This document shows, piece by piece, positions 47,702 through 57,067 of a stretch of 64,000 bases of DNA. This stretch comes from Actinomycetota bacterium (GTDB lineage: Bacteria > Actinomycetota > Actinomycetes > Nanopelagicales > Nanopelagicaceae), in contig JAPLBJ010000039.1 of the NCBI GenBank assembly GCA_026392845.1, forward strand, positions 1,173 through 65,172, in the 5' to 3' direction. The notes below the pieces were generated by a model that saw nothing but the letters and a program-made list of their open reading frames with translations, was not told where the DNA came from and made no database searches. Every line of letters begins with the position of its first letter. Positions within the stretch are counted from its first letter, which is position 1. The position numbers and the translations under genes were made by a program.

Positions 47702-48451
47702 TTACTTTGGTAAACGCAAGCCTTGCATTCCGCCATCAACAGCTAATGAAGTTCCAGTTGTTGATGCTTGAAGTGGATTAGCAAGGAAAAGAATTGCGCG
47801 TGCTACTTCATCTGCAGTGACAAGTCGACCCATTGGCTGGCGTCCCTCAAGTGCTGTGCGCTGTGCGGCAGGATCTGTAGCTTGTGCAAGAAGTCGGCCA
47901 ACCCATGGAGTATCGGCGGTGCCAGGGTTTACACAGTTGACTCTAATTCCCTCTTTTACAAAGTCAGCAGCCATTGCGAGTGTGAGTGATAGGACTGCGC
48001 CTTTACTTGCACTATAAACAGCGCGAAGCGGAAGACCTGCAGTTGCTGCAATAGAGCAGGTATTTACAATCGCAGCAGACTTACTCTTACGCAAAAATGG
48101 AAGTGCCGCCGAAGTAATTCTGCTGATTCCAACTACGTTGATATTGAGAACTTTTAGCCATTCCTCACTTGTTGAATCTGCAACGCTACCAATTGCACCG
48201 ATTCCTGCATTATTGATAACTATGTCAATTACTTGAACTTTTTCTGCAATCTCTTTGAACGCTGCAGTAACGCCCTCATCATTTCCAACATCGCATTTTA
48301 CAAATGTCGCAACAGATGCCATGGCACCTTCGCTAAGGTCTAAACCAAATACATGAGCGCCTTCTGCTTTGAGCATTGTTGCAACTGCTAGCCCAATTCC
48401 AGATCCCGCACCTGTAACAACTGCATTGAGTCCCTTGAAATCTTCGCTCAT
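47702..48451 (-). CDS. SDR oxidoreductase (2-keto-3-deoxy-L-fuconate dehydrogenase-like by context)
   Basis: TGAGSGIG cofactor motif and YSASK catalytic motif; 4-nt overlap with the upstream dehydratase gene. Confidence 0.75.
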   Translation of the reverse strand: MSEDFKGLNAVVTGAGSGIGLAVATMLKAEGAHVFGLDLSEGAMASVATFVKCDVGNDEGVTAAFKEIAEKVQVIDIVINNAGIGAIGSVADSTSEEWLKVLNINVVGISRITSAALPFLRKSKSAAIVNTCSIAATAGLPLRAVYSASKGAVLSLTLAMAADFVKEGIRVNCVNPGTADTPWVGRLLAQATDPAAQRTALEGRQPMGRLVTADEVARAILFLANPLQASTTGTSLAVDGGMQGLRLPK

Positions 48452-49758
48452 TTTTTCACCGCGCTCTTCCAGTAAGTACCAGTAGGGAATAGGTATTCAT
48501 CAATACTCGCTTGAAACATCTCTGCTCCAGCACCAGGCTCTGTTGGAGCAATGTAATAACCATTGACAACATTTGTAGGAACAACGAAGTGATTGTGCAA
48601 GTGATCCACATATTCAACAATGCGCTTTGAATGATGGCCAGTAACGGCAACGGCATCAAACATGGCCATGTGCTGAACCATTTCGCAGAGGCCAACTCCA
48701 CCAGCATGAGGACATACTGGAATACCAAACTTTGCTGCCATCAAAATATTTGCAAGGTTTTCGTTGACTCCAGCAACACGTGTTGCATCTATTTGCATCA
48801 CAGAGATTGCATTTGATTGAAGCAGTTGCTTGAAGATCATTCGATTACTTGCCATCTCACCTGTTGCAACAGGGGTAGGGGCAACTTCGCGCGCAATTCG
48901 GGCGTGGCCAAGTACATCTTCTGGATGAGTTGGTTCTTCGATCCAACGAAGTTTGAATTCTGCGAGGGAGTTGACCCAATCAATAGCTGTATCTACATCC
49001 CAGACCTGATTGGCATCAATTGCAATGGAGAAATCTGGGCCTACCAATTCGCGCACCTTTGTTAGGCGGCGGCGGTCATCTTCCTTAGATTTTCCGCACT
49101 TATATTTAATGAGAGTAAAACCATCAGCCATTGCTTGCTTTGTAAGGTCGAGCATTTTCTCATCGCTATATCCAAGCCAGCCTGGAGTGGTTGTATATGC
49201 AGGCAAACCCTTAGCGCGCAAAATCTTTTCATTCTCAGCTTTAGCACCTTCGCTCTTTTTCAAGATAGCAAGTGCCTCTGCCGGTGTAATTGCATCGCTG
49301 ATATACCTAAAATCAATAGCAGCAACAATTTCTTCAGGGCTCATATCTGCAAGCAGTTTCCACAGGGGAACATTGCGAGCCTTAGCAAAGAGATCCCACA
49401 GCGCATTGAGCACGGCGCCGATTCCCATATGGAAAACGCCAGTATCTGGCCCGAGCCAACGGATCTGACTATCACTTGATAATTCGCGAGTTATTTTTCC
49501 AATATTTTTGAAAGCATCATCTATATCCATGCCAGCAAAGCGCTCAACGAGCATCTTGATTGCCGCAATCTGCACATCGTTGCCGCGCCCAATAGTGAAG
49601 ACAAGGGAGTGGCCAGATAAGCCGGCTTGATCCGTATCGATTCGAAGGTAGCCAGCTGAATAATCGGGGTCAGCATTCATGGCATCAGAGCCATCGAGCA
49701 TGGTGGAGGTAGGGAATCGAACATCAAAAACGTTTAGCGACGTAATTTTCGCGCCCAT
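48448..49758 (-). CDS. L-fuconate dehydratase-like enolase-superfamily enzyme
   Basis: About 436 aa with an N-terminus (ITSLNVFDVRFPTS..DGSDAMN.DPDYSA.Y) typical of the FucD subgroup. AAGGAGG lies 5 nt upstream of the ATG at 49758. Confidence 0.75.
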   Translation of the reverse strand: MGAKITSLNVFDVRFPTSTMLDGSDAMNADPDYSAGYLRIDTDQAGLSGHSLVFTIGRGNDVQIAAIKMLVERFAGMDIDDAFKNIGKITRELSSDSQIRWLGPDTGVFHMGIGAVLNALWDLFAKARNVPLWKLLADMSPEEIVAAIDFRYISDAITPAEALAILKKSEGAKAENEKILRAKGLPAYTTTPGWLGYSDEKMLDLTKQAMADGFTLIKYKCGKSKEDDRRRLTKVRELVGPDFSIAIDANQVWDVDTAIDWVNSLAEFKLRWIEEPTHPEDVLGHARIAREVAPTPVATGEMASNRMIFKQLLQSNAISVMQIDATRVAGVNENLANILMAAKFGIPVCPHAGGVGLCEMVQHMAMFDAVAVTGHHSKRIVEYVDHLHNHFVVPTNVVNGYYIAPTEPGAGAEMFQASIDEYLFPTGTYWKSAVKK

Positions 49759-49781
49759 GTGACCTCCTTGGTAGGTCGTCA

Positions 49782-49804
49782 AAATACTATACGAAATAGT
49801 ATTT
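49782..49804. promoter_or_regulatory. Candidate operator AAATACTAT-acgaa-ATAGTATTT in the divergent fucD / aldose dehydrogenase promoter region
   Basis: Perfect 9-bp inverted arms with a 5-bp spacer, 24 bp upstream of the fucD start. A GntR regulator is encoded in that operon. Confidence 0.45.
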
Positions 49805-49865
49805 GGCTAGTAGCCTTCGGAGATATTTCCGGCAGCAAAAATAGCGTCTGAATAGAGGATTTTTC

Positions 49866-50825
49866 ATGGCTCATAACACCAAAGTTGAGATTGCACCTGG
49901 CGTAGAGATTTCAACGATGGGAATCGGTGCTGCAACATTTGGTGGATTGTTTACTTCAATGTCAGATAGCGATGCTGTTGATGTTGTAAAGAGTGCATTT
50001 GCGCATGGAATAAATTATTTTGATACCGCGCCACATTATGGAAAAGGAACGTCAGAGCGCAGATTAGGCGCTCTGCTCAATGCATACCCACGAAATTCAT
50101 ACATTCTTTCATCAAAAATTGGCCGCTTACTTGTTCCAACTACACAGGGCGCTGATCCAGATTTTGCTGACGCTGACCCTAGTGTTGAACGAAAATTTGA
50201 TTATTCAGCTCAAGGTGTTGAGCGCTCGCTCAAAGATAGTTTAGAGCGCTTAGGCCTGGATAGCATCGATATCGTTTTTGTACATGATCCAGATAATCAC
50301 GCCGATGTTGCAATCAAAGAGGCATATCCAGCGCTAGCAAAAATGCGTGACCAAGGAATTGTTAAGGCAATCGGTATTGGAATGAATCAGATTGCAATCC
50401 CAACTCGATTTGTAAAAGAGACTGATATTGACATTGTCTTACTTGCTGGGCGCTACACACTATTGGATCAAAGTGGAGCGCAAGATTTATTGCCTGCAGC
50501 CCTTGCTAAGGGAGTTTCCATATTAGCTGCAGGTGTTTATAACTCAGGCATTCTTGCAAACCCAGTAAAGGGTGCAACCTATGACTACGCCCCTGCGAGT
50601 GATGAAATTCTTGCCCGAGCAAAGATGATCTCTGATTTCCTAAAAGAACAAGGTGTCTCGCTATCAAGTGCAGCACTTCAATATCCACTTCGCCATCCAG
50701 CGGTCAAAGCACTATTAGTTGGAAGTCGAAGCTCGGCCGAAGTCGATGCCAACGTCGCTGCATTCAATGAAGTCGTCCCAGATTCTGTTTGGGATGCACT
50801 AGATGAATTACTCGCTGGAAAGTAA
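49866..50825 (+). CDS. Aldo/keto reductase (L-fucose / D-threo-aldose 1-dehydrogenase-like)
   Basis: AKR fold features (GINYFDTAPHYG, VHDPD, IGIGMN); divergent from fucD. Confidence 0.7.
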   Translation: MAHNTKVEIAPGVEISTMGIGAATFGGLFTSMSDSDAVDVVKSAFAHGINYFDTAPHYGKGTSERRLGALLNAYPRNSYILSSKIGRLLVPTTQGADPDFADADPSVERKFDYSAQGVERSLKDSLERLGLDSIDIVFVHDPDNHADVAIKEAYPALAKMRDQGIVKAIGIGMNQIAIPTRFVKETDIDIVLLAGRYTLLDQSGAQDLLPAALAKGVSILAAGVYNSGILANPVKGATYDYAPASDEILARAKMISDFLKEQGVSLSSAALQYPLRHPAVKALLVGSRSSAEVDANVAAFNEVVPDSVWDALDELLAGK

Positions 50826-50834
50826 GGTGTATCC

Positions 50835-51761
50835 ATGACACTCAATCCCCAAGCTAAAACACTCTTAGATCGCATGAAAGCACTCAATCTTCCAGAGGCT
50901 TGGGACCTTGGCGCAAAAGCTCGATATGGCGGCCATGAAGAGGTAGATATGGCGGGGCCTATCGAGAGCGGAGTGCGCATTGATCACCGATTTATTTCTT
51001 CTGCTACAGCTGATCTTCCTATTCGCATTTACACACCAGAAGGTCCGGGACCTTTCAACGCTTTTATCTATTACCACGGTGGCGGTTGGGTTTTTGGCCA
51101 TATTGATCGATATGACTCACAACTGGTCTCACTCGCTAAGAAGACAAATTCAGTAGTTGTCTCTGTCAATTACCAAAAATCACCTGAACATAAATTTCCA
51201 ATCCCACATGATGATTGTTATGAAACTTTGGAATGGGTTGCAGCAAATGGGGCATACCTCAATATCAATGTAAATAAGATTGGTGTTGGTGGAGATAGCG
51301 CCGGTGGTAACTTGGCATCAGGTGTGGCACTTCGTGCACGCGATGAAGGAAAAATCAAACTTGCTTATCAACTACTTATCTATCCAGCCAATGGATTAGA
51401 TTTTGAAGCACCCTCATATAAAAACAATGCAGAAGGATACGGCCTCTCAAGCCGCGGAATGATCTGGTTTTGGGAACAATATTTGAATGAGAAAGATAAA
51501 AACAATCCTTATGCAGTGCCACATACAGCAAAGTCATTAGCTGGCCTTGCACCAGTTGTCATTATTACTGCCGAATATGATGTGCTTCGCGATGATGGAT
51601 TGCTTTACGCCAAGAAGCTCAAAGAGGCTGGAAACTATGTCGTCCACAAAGACTACGAAGGGCATATTCATGGCTTCTTTAGCCACGGTAAATATGTCGA
51701 TGAGGGTATTGCCGTTCGCGATTTCTTTGCTGCCGAGATCAATAAAATACTTGCGAGCTAA
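50835..51761 (+). CDS. Alpha/beta-hydrolase, hormone-sensitive-lipase-type esterase
   Basis: Oxyanion motif YYHGGGW, nucleophile elbow GDSAGG, and a distal HGF. Confidence 0.7.
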   Translation: MTLNPQAKTLLDRMKALNLPEAWDLGAKARYGGHEEVDMAGPIESGVRIDHRFISSATADLPIRIYTPEGPGPFNAFIYYHGGGWVFGHIDRYDSQLVSLAKKTNSVVVSVNYQKSPEHKFPIPHDDCYETLEWVAANGAYLNINVNKIGVGGDSAGGNLASGVALRARDEGKIKLAYQLLIYPANGLDFEAPSYKNNAEGYGLSSRGMIWFWEQYLNEKDKNNPYAVPHTAKSLAGLAPVVIITAEYDVLRDDGLLYAKKLKEAGNYVVHKDYEGHIHGFFSHGKYVDEGIAVRDFFAAEINKILAS

Positions 51762-51764
51762 TTA

Positions 51765-52436
51765 ATGTCAGCTCAACCATTCGTATTGCGAAGTGGACTC
51801 GAAGTCGATTCTCGAGTTCGAAGTGCATTGGTCTCTGATTCACTTGACCTAATTGGAATTCGAACAAATGTCATGTCGCGTGCAGTTACACCGCTAGTTT
51901 CATCGATGAAAATTATGGGTTATGCATCCACTATTGAATTTGTTGAAGGCAGTGATTTCGATCCTCAGGATCCTTATGGTCCTGCAATTGATTACCTCGA
52001 CTCATTGCAATCTGGCGATGTCGCAATCGTTGCAACTGGCCATTCCACCAAGTCTGCTTTTTGGGGAGAACTATTTTCAACAGCTGCCAAAGGTCGTGAA
52101 TCTAACGGTGTGATCACTGATGGCCCGATTCGCGATACTCAAGAGATATTGCCTGTTGGATATAGTGCATTTGGAATTGGAACCCTTCCTTTTGATTACA
52201 AGGGACGCATGAAGGTGAGCAGCGTTCATACGCGCGTGACTTGCGGGGGAGTAGAGGTCAACCAAGGCGACTTCATTGTTGCGGATAACGATGGAGTCGC
52301 AGTTGTGCCAGCATCGAAAATCGACGAAGTTATTACTTTGGCTAATGAGCGCGCCCGACGCGAAAGTACCGTGCTCAAGGAGTTACTTGAAGGAAAAAGT
52401 GTTCGTTCTGTTTGGGATAAGCATCGTGTTCTGTAA
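51765..52436 (+). CDS. RraA-family protein (HMG/CHA-aldolase-like)
   Basis: 223 aa with RraA-like features (AFWGELFSTAAKGRESNGVITDGPIRD; DNDGVAVVP). Confidence 0.6.
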   Translation: MSAQPFVLRSGLEVDSRVRSALVSDSLDLIGIRTNVMSRAVTPLVSSMKIMGYASTIEFVEGSDFDPQDPYGPAIDYLDSLQSGDVAIVATGHSTKSAFWGELFSTAAKGRESNGVITDGPIRDTQEILPVGYSAFGIGTLPFDYKGRMKVSSVHTRVTCGGVEVNQGDFIVADNDGVAVVPASKIDEVITLANERARRESTVLKELLEGKSVRSVWDKHRVL

Positions 52437-52457
52437 GTTAGCAATGGAGAAATAACT

Positions 52458-53324
52458 ATGAGTCAAAAACCATTTATCGACGCACATCAACATGTGTGGA
52501 AATATTCTGAACGCGAGTATTCATGGATCACTCCAGATATAACTCATCTACTTGGCCATGACTATGTGCAAGAACAGGTCAACCCATCAATTGCCAATTT
52601 CGGGATAACTGGAACTGTCTATGTTCAAGCCGCAGATACTTATGATGATACTTTTTATATGTTCCATTCAGCATCAAAGAATCCTCAGATTGCAGGAATC
52701 GTAGGGTGGGTTCCATTTGATCGAAGCGAGGAAGCAGTTGCGGCACTAGAAATATTTGCAAAAAATCCACTTTTCAAAGGTGTTCGAAACCTGACCCATG
52801 ATTATGGCAATCCGAAATACGAATCGGATGATGCCTGGATTTTGCGCGAACCAGTACTCAAAACTCTAGGTGAAGTAGCTTCTCATAATCTCTCTTTTGA
52901 CTATATTGCTATAAAGCCAGAGCACACTAAAAACGTTGCAACGATCGCAAAACGCCATCCAAACCTAACAATAATTATTGATCACTTTGCAAAACCAGAT
53001 ATCAAGGGCGGGCAATGGGATGAATGGTTAGTTGAAATGCAAAAAGCTGCAGCATTTCCTAACGTCTATACAAAATTCTCAGGGCTCAATGTTTTATCTG
53101 ATTGGGAAAAATGGACAATCGAGGATTGGCGCCCATACGTAATGGCGATGAAGGAAGCATTTGGAACATCGCGAATGATGATGGGAAGTGATTGGCCCTT
53201 CTCAAGTATGGCAAATGATTACGACACCGTTTGGAAAGCACAATTAGAACTTATAAAAGATTTCTCGCAAGCAGAGATTGATGACTTGAAATATAAAACA
53301 GCTATCAAGGCTTATCGCCTTTAG
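52458..53324 (+). CDS. Amidohydrolase-2 family protein (L-fucono-1,5-lactonase-like by context)
   Basis: N-terminal metal motif IDAHQHVW, internal IIDHFAKP, C-terminal GSDWPF. Confidence 0.65.
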   Translation: MSQKPFIDAHQHVWKYSEREYSWITPDITHLLGHDYVQEQVNPSIANFGITGTVYVQAADTYDDTFYMFHSASKNPQIAGIVGWVPFDRSEEAVAALEIFAKNPLFKGVRNLTHDYGNPKYESDDAWILREPVLKTLGEVASHNLSFDYIAIKPEHTKNVATIAKRHPNLTIIIDHFAKPDIKGGQWDEWLVEMQKAAAFPNVYTKFSGLNVLSDWEKWTIEDWRPYVMAMKEAFGTSRMMMGSDWPFSSMANDYDTVWKAQLELIKDFSQAEIDDLKYKTAIKAYRL

Positions 53325-53337
53325 GGATGGAGAGAAA

Positions 53338-53661
53338 ATGAAAAGAGTAGGTTCTGTGATCGGTATTGCACCGGGTGCTCGGGAGGAATACGAACGTATT
53401 CACGCTGCAGTATGGCCCGAGATTCTTGCTCAGATTAGCAAAAGCCACATTCAGAATTATTCAATTTATCGCCATGGCGATCTTCTCTTTTCATATTTTG
53501 AATATGTAGGAAATGATTACGAAGGTGACATGAAAGCAATGGGCGATGACCCAAAGACTCAGGAGTGGTGGTCGCTAACAATTCCGATGCAAGCACCGAT
53601 GGAAGATCGCGCCGAAGGTGAATGGTGGAAAACGCTACCCGAGGTGTTCCATACAGATTGA
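53338..53661 (+). CDS. L-rhamnose/L-fucose mutarotase (RhaM family)
   Basis: 107-aa protein; pattern YERIHAAVWPE...NYSIYRHGDLLF.YFEY.G.D...DM......P.TQEWW is typical of RhaM. Confidence 0.75.
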   Translation: MKRVGSVIGIAPGAREEYERIHAAVWPEILAQISKSHIQNYSIYRHGDLLFSYFEYVGNDYEGDMKAMGDDPKTQEWWSLTIPMQAPMEDRAEGEWWKTLPEVFHTD

Positions 53662-54486
53662 TTCAATCTCACCAATACCTTCAATTCCAGTCTTTACTAC
53701 TTGACCGGGCTTTAGATATTTCGGTGGATTCAATCCCATGGCAACACCAAATGGTGTTCCAGTATTTATAACATCTCCAGGGAAAAGTTCCATGAACTGG
53801 CTGATGTACCAAACGATGTGATCAATACCAAAGAGAAGATCACTTGTTCGTGAATCTTGGCGCATCTCTCCATCAACACTGCACCACAGGCGCAAGTCAT
53901 GTGGGTTGATTTCATCTCCAGTAACAATGCATGGCCCGATTGGATTAAATGTTGGAAAAGATTTTCCCTTCATCCATTGTCCAGATCGTTCAATTTGCCA
54001 ATGGCGCTCACTAACATCTTGAGAAATTGTGTAACCTAGAATGTGTTGCGCGGCATCTTTTGGATCCTTCAAATAGAGCGCGCGCTTGCCAATAACTATT
54101 GCAAGTTCTACTTCGTAATCTGTTTTCAAACTTCCAGGTGGGATAACGATTGGATCATTAGGTCCAACCACGCTATCGGGGGCCTTCATAAAAATAATTG
54201 GCTCTGGTGGAGTCGCGGCATTTGTCTCTTTGATGTGTAATAAATAATTGAGTCCTACGCAAATAACTTTTGTAGGATGGGCAATTGGTGAACCGATTCG
54301 TAACGATTTGATAACGGAACGGGGCAGTGCGGATAAGTCAGCGCTGCTTACTCTCTGGTAGGCACCGCTGGTAAGGCTCTCTCTATCCCAATCAGGGATG
54401 AGGGAATCGACAAATATTGCATCCTCACCCATCAAAACCGCTGGACGTTCCCGGCCAATCTCACCCACTCGAGCAATGCGCATCAC
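53635..54486 (-). CDS. FAH-family hydrolase (2,4-diketo-3-deoxy-L-fuconate hydrolase-like by context)
   Basis: VICVGLNYLLH, YEVELAIVIG, KGKSFPTFNPIGP, GDVINTGTPFGV motifs. Confidence 0.75.
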   Translation of the reverse strand: MMRIARVGEIGRERPAVLMGEDAIFVDSLIPDWDRESLTSGAYQRVSSADLSALPRSVIKSLRIGSPIAHPTKVICVGLNYLLHIKETNAATPPEPIIFMKAPDSVVGPNDPIVIPPGSLKTDYEVELAIVIGKRALYLKDPKDAAQHILGYTISQDVSERHWQIERSGQWMKGKSFPTFNPIGPCIVTGDEINPHDLRLWCSVDGEMRQDSRTSDLLFGIDHIVWYISQFMELFPGDVINTGTPFGVAMGLNPPKYLKPGQVVKTGIEGIGEIESICMEHLG

Positions 54487-54656
54487 AAAAACCTTTCGTA
54501 AGAATTATCCGATATCCTATAGACAAATCCCTTAAAAGACCCCAAGATTTCCCCTATGCAGTTCCAAGCCCTGGAGCTGTTCTTCTGCGTTATGGAAAAA
54601 CCTACTCGTGGGGTTTTCCAAAACGCGAGGTTACATTCGTTACAGAAGGAGTTTGA

Positions 54657-56033
54657 ATGAAGTCATCGTTCCGAGTCTCCGGAAAGTCAGTAGTTGCACT
54701 TAGTGCAATTTCATCGGCTTTTGCATTAGTACTTAGTGGTCTCTCGATTACCCCAGCGAGTGCAGCCCTAGGAACAGCACCGGTAACACTTACAGTTCAA
54801 CACGAAACTACTGGAGATCGTCCAGAAGAAGAGTGGCATGCAGTTGCAGCGGCATTTACAAAGAAGTATCCAAATGTCACTATCAAATATTCACCAATCA
54901 CAAATGAAGCAAAGGGTGGACCAAACCTTCAGGTAATTTCATCTGACGGTGCACCAGATATTGCACTTCTTCCTTTGAACTCAAATGTGTATACACAGAT
55001 GGTTAAGAACAAGGCACTTGTTCCACTAAACGGAATCTTTGCAGCAGATAACACTGTTGCTCGCATTGGTCCACCAGCTGCTGCTCTAAAGCAAGCAGAT
55101 GGTAAGTACTACGCAACACCTCACGTTGTTGTGTATTACAACGTTCTCTGGACAAATCCAGATGCGATCGCGAAGTCAAAGGCGATTGTTCCTGCTAGCG
55201 GACACTTCACATCTGTTGCGCAACTAGTTGCATTCGGTAAGGCATGCAGCAAGGCTGGCTATGCCGGTCTTGCAATTGGCGGAAAGACAAACTTCCAAGC
55301 TTCTTGGATGTTTGACTCAATGATGCCAACAGCGGTTTCTGCTAAGGATCTCAACAACTACATCAATAGCTACAAGCCAGATGTTGCTGTTACAGCAAAG
55401 TGGACAAATCCAGGAATCCTCAAGACTCTTGATGCACTTGGCGCAATTGCTAAGGGTGGCGTTTACCAAAACGGTTACCTTGGTATGGATCTAGATCAAG
55501 CAACTGCTTACTTCACAGCAGGCAAGTCATGCATGCTCCTTGGTGGAACATGGATGCCTGGCGGTGCTTTTGAATCAGATACAAAGAAGGGCACAATGAA
55601 GTTCACACCAGGACTTGCAGTATTGCCTTCAGTTGTAGCCGGAAAGAAGGCAACATACACACCGTATTACGGTGATGCATTTGGTGTTCCTATCAAGTCA
55701 AAGAACCAAGAGTGGGCTCTAGAGCTCCTTCGTTACTTCATGAGTGATGAAGGACAGAAGATTGGTGCACTTGATGCTGCTGGAAACCTTCCAGTGGTAA
55801 CAACAATTCCACAATCTTCATACACAAAGGTTCCACAAGGTGTGAAAGATGTTTTGGCACTCGTTGCTGCTTACGGATCACAATCAGGATGGACTTCTGA
55901 AGTACCTGGTGCATATGGCCAGACATTCATTAATCCATTGATCCAGAAGTTGCAAGAAGGAAAGACAACATCTGCAGAAATTGCAAAGGCTCAACAGGCC
56001 AAGCTCGAAGATGTACGTAAGAACGGCCTCTAA
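54657..56033 (+). CDS. CUT1-family ABC substrate-binding protein
   Basis: Signal peptide ..VVALSAISSAFALVLSGLSITPASAA; GAAGGAG Shine-Dalgarno sequence upstream; two permease genes follow. Confidence 0.75.
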   Translation: MKSSFRVSGKSVVALSAISSAFALVLSGLSITPASAALGTAPVTLTVQHETTGDRPEEEWHAVAAAFTKKYPNVTIKYSPITNEAKGGPNLQVISSDGAPDIALLPLNSNVYTQMVKNKALVPLNGIFAADNTVARIGPPAAALKQADGKYYATPHVVVYYNVLWTNPDAIAKSKAIVPASGHFTSVAQLVAFGKACSKAGYAGLAIGGKTNFQASWMFDSMMPTAVSAKDLNNYINSYKPDVAVTAKWTNPGILKTLDALGAIAKGGVYQNGYLGMDLDQATAYFTAGKSCMLLGGTWMPGGAFESDTKKGTMKFTPGLAVLPSVVAGKKATYTPYYGDAFGVPIKSKNQEWALELLRYFMSDEGQKIGALDAAGNLPVVTTIPQSSYTKVPQGVKDVLALVAAYGSQSGWTSEVPGAYGQTFINPLIQKLQEGKTTSAEIAKAQQAKLEDVRKNGL

Positions 56034-56104
56034 GCCGAACTTTCGTATTTAGCAATTTCCGTACGTAATTAAAGGCTTCGGCCCTGAGTTGAATTGAGGA
56101 AGAA

Positions 56105-57067
56105 ATGTCAGTGAAGTACGAAAGTCCTTCAAAAGAAGTATCAACCTCAAGCACTCAGGGCCGAAATCTTTTTTCTCGGAAAAAGAAACCCCAAATAGGC
56201 CTCAATGCAATCAATATCAAGAGTGCACGCATTACTCTGATTCCAGTTTTTGTTTTATTATTTGTATTCCTTGCTTTACCTATGATCAACTCGGTAAAAC
56301 TGAGTTTTTCTCGCTGGGGTGGCCTCGGACCCCTTGAGCCAGTCGGCTTTGATAACTATAAATTCTTATTCTCAGATACTCAGATGCGTTATTCCTCGCG
56401 CATTACTATTTTTTATGCCTTCACGGTTGCCTTCTTCGTTGTCGCAATCGGTACGTTATTAGCTGCAGCCGTAAGTGCAAATGTACGCGGGCACAAAGCA
56501 ATGAAGCTCATTTGGTTCTTCCCAGGGATTGCGCCACCAACAGCAGTGGCAATTTTTTGGAGTAGCGGTTTCCAACCAGAATCCGGTGTTGTAAATATTT
56601 TGCTGGGTAAAATCGGATTAGGTAGTGACCATGCATGGCTAGCAAGTTCAGATACAGCTCTTCTCCCAGTTATTTTTGTTGGAGTATGGAGCGCAGTTGG
56701 CTTTGCATTCCTTGTAATTCTTGGCGCAGTTGAACAGATTCCTGTATCACTTCGTGAAGCAGCGCTAGTCGATGGCGCAAATATGCGCCAGCAATTTACA
56801 AAAATTACGTTGCCACTTATTCGTCCAATTTTGATGACTATCTTTACACTCGAAATTATCTGGACTTTCAACGGCTTTACAGTTGTATGGGCTATGACAA
56901 CCGGGGGTCCATCAGATTCAACATCAATTTTGCCAATCTTGGCTTATAAAGAAGCCTTTAGATATGGTCGCTTTGGAACAGCAGCTGCGATGGCAGTCAT
57001 AACTGGAATCTTCTTGATGGTCGTTGGAACTATTGGAATTCGTTTGAGCAGATCGGAACAACAATAA
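56105..57067 (+). CDS. ABC sugar permease
   Basis: EAA loop REAALVDGANMRQQFTKITLPLIRP. Confidence 0.8.
   Translation: MSVKYESPSKEVSTSSTQGRNLFSRKKKPQIGLNAINIKSARITLIPVFVLLFVFLALPMINSVKLSFSRWGGLGPLEPVGFDNYKFLFSDTQMRYSSRITIFYAFTVAFFVVAIGTLLAAAVSANVRGHKAMKLIWFFPGIAPPTAVAIFWSSGFQPESGVVNILLGKIGLGSDHAWLASSDTALLPVIFVGVWSAVGFAFLVILGAVEQIPVSLREAALVDGANMRQQFTKITLPLIRPILMTIFTLEIIWTFNGFTVVWAMTTGGPSDSTSILPILAYKEAFRYGRFGTAAAMAVITGIFLMVVGTIGIRLSRSEQQ

Noticed and set aside
54593-54619. GGAAAAACC-tactcgtg-GGGTTTTCC inverted repeat in the leader of the third ABC operon
   Set aside because: The arms are imperfect and short, and I could not relate them to the 49782 operator or to any known motif. It is mentioned only as a candidate to include in covariation analysis.
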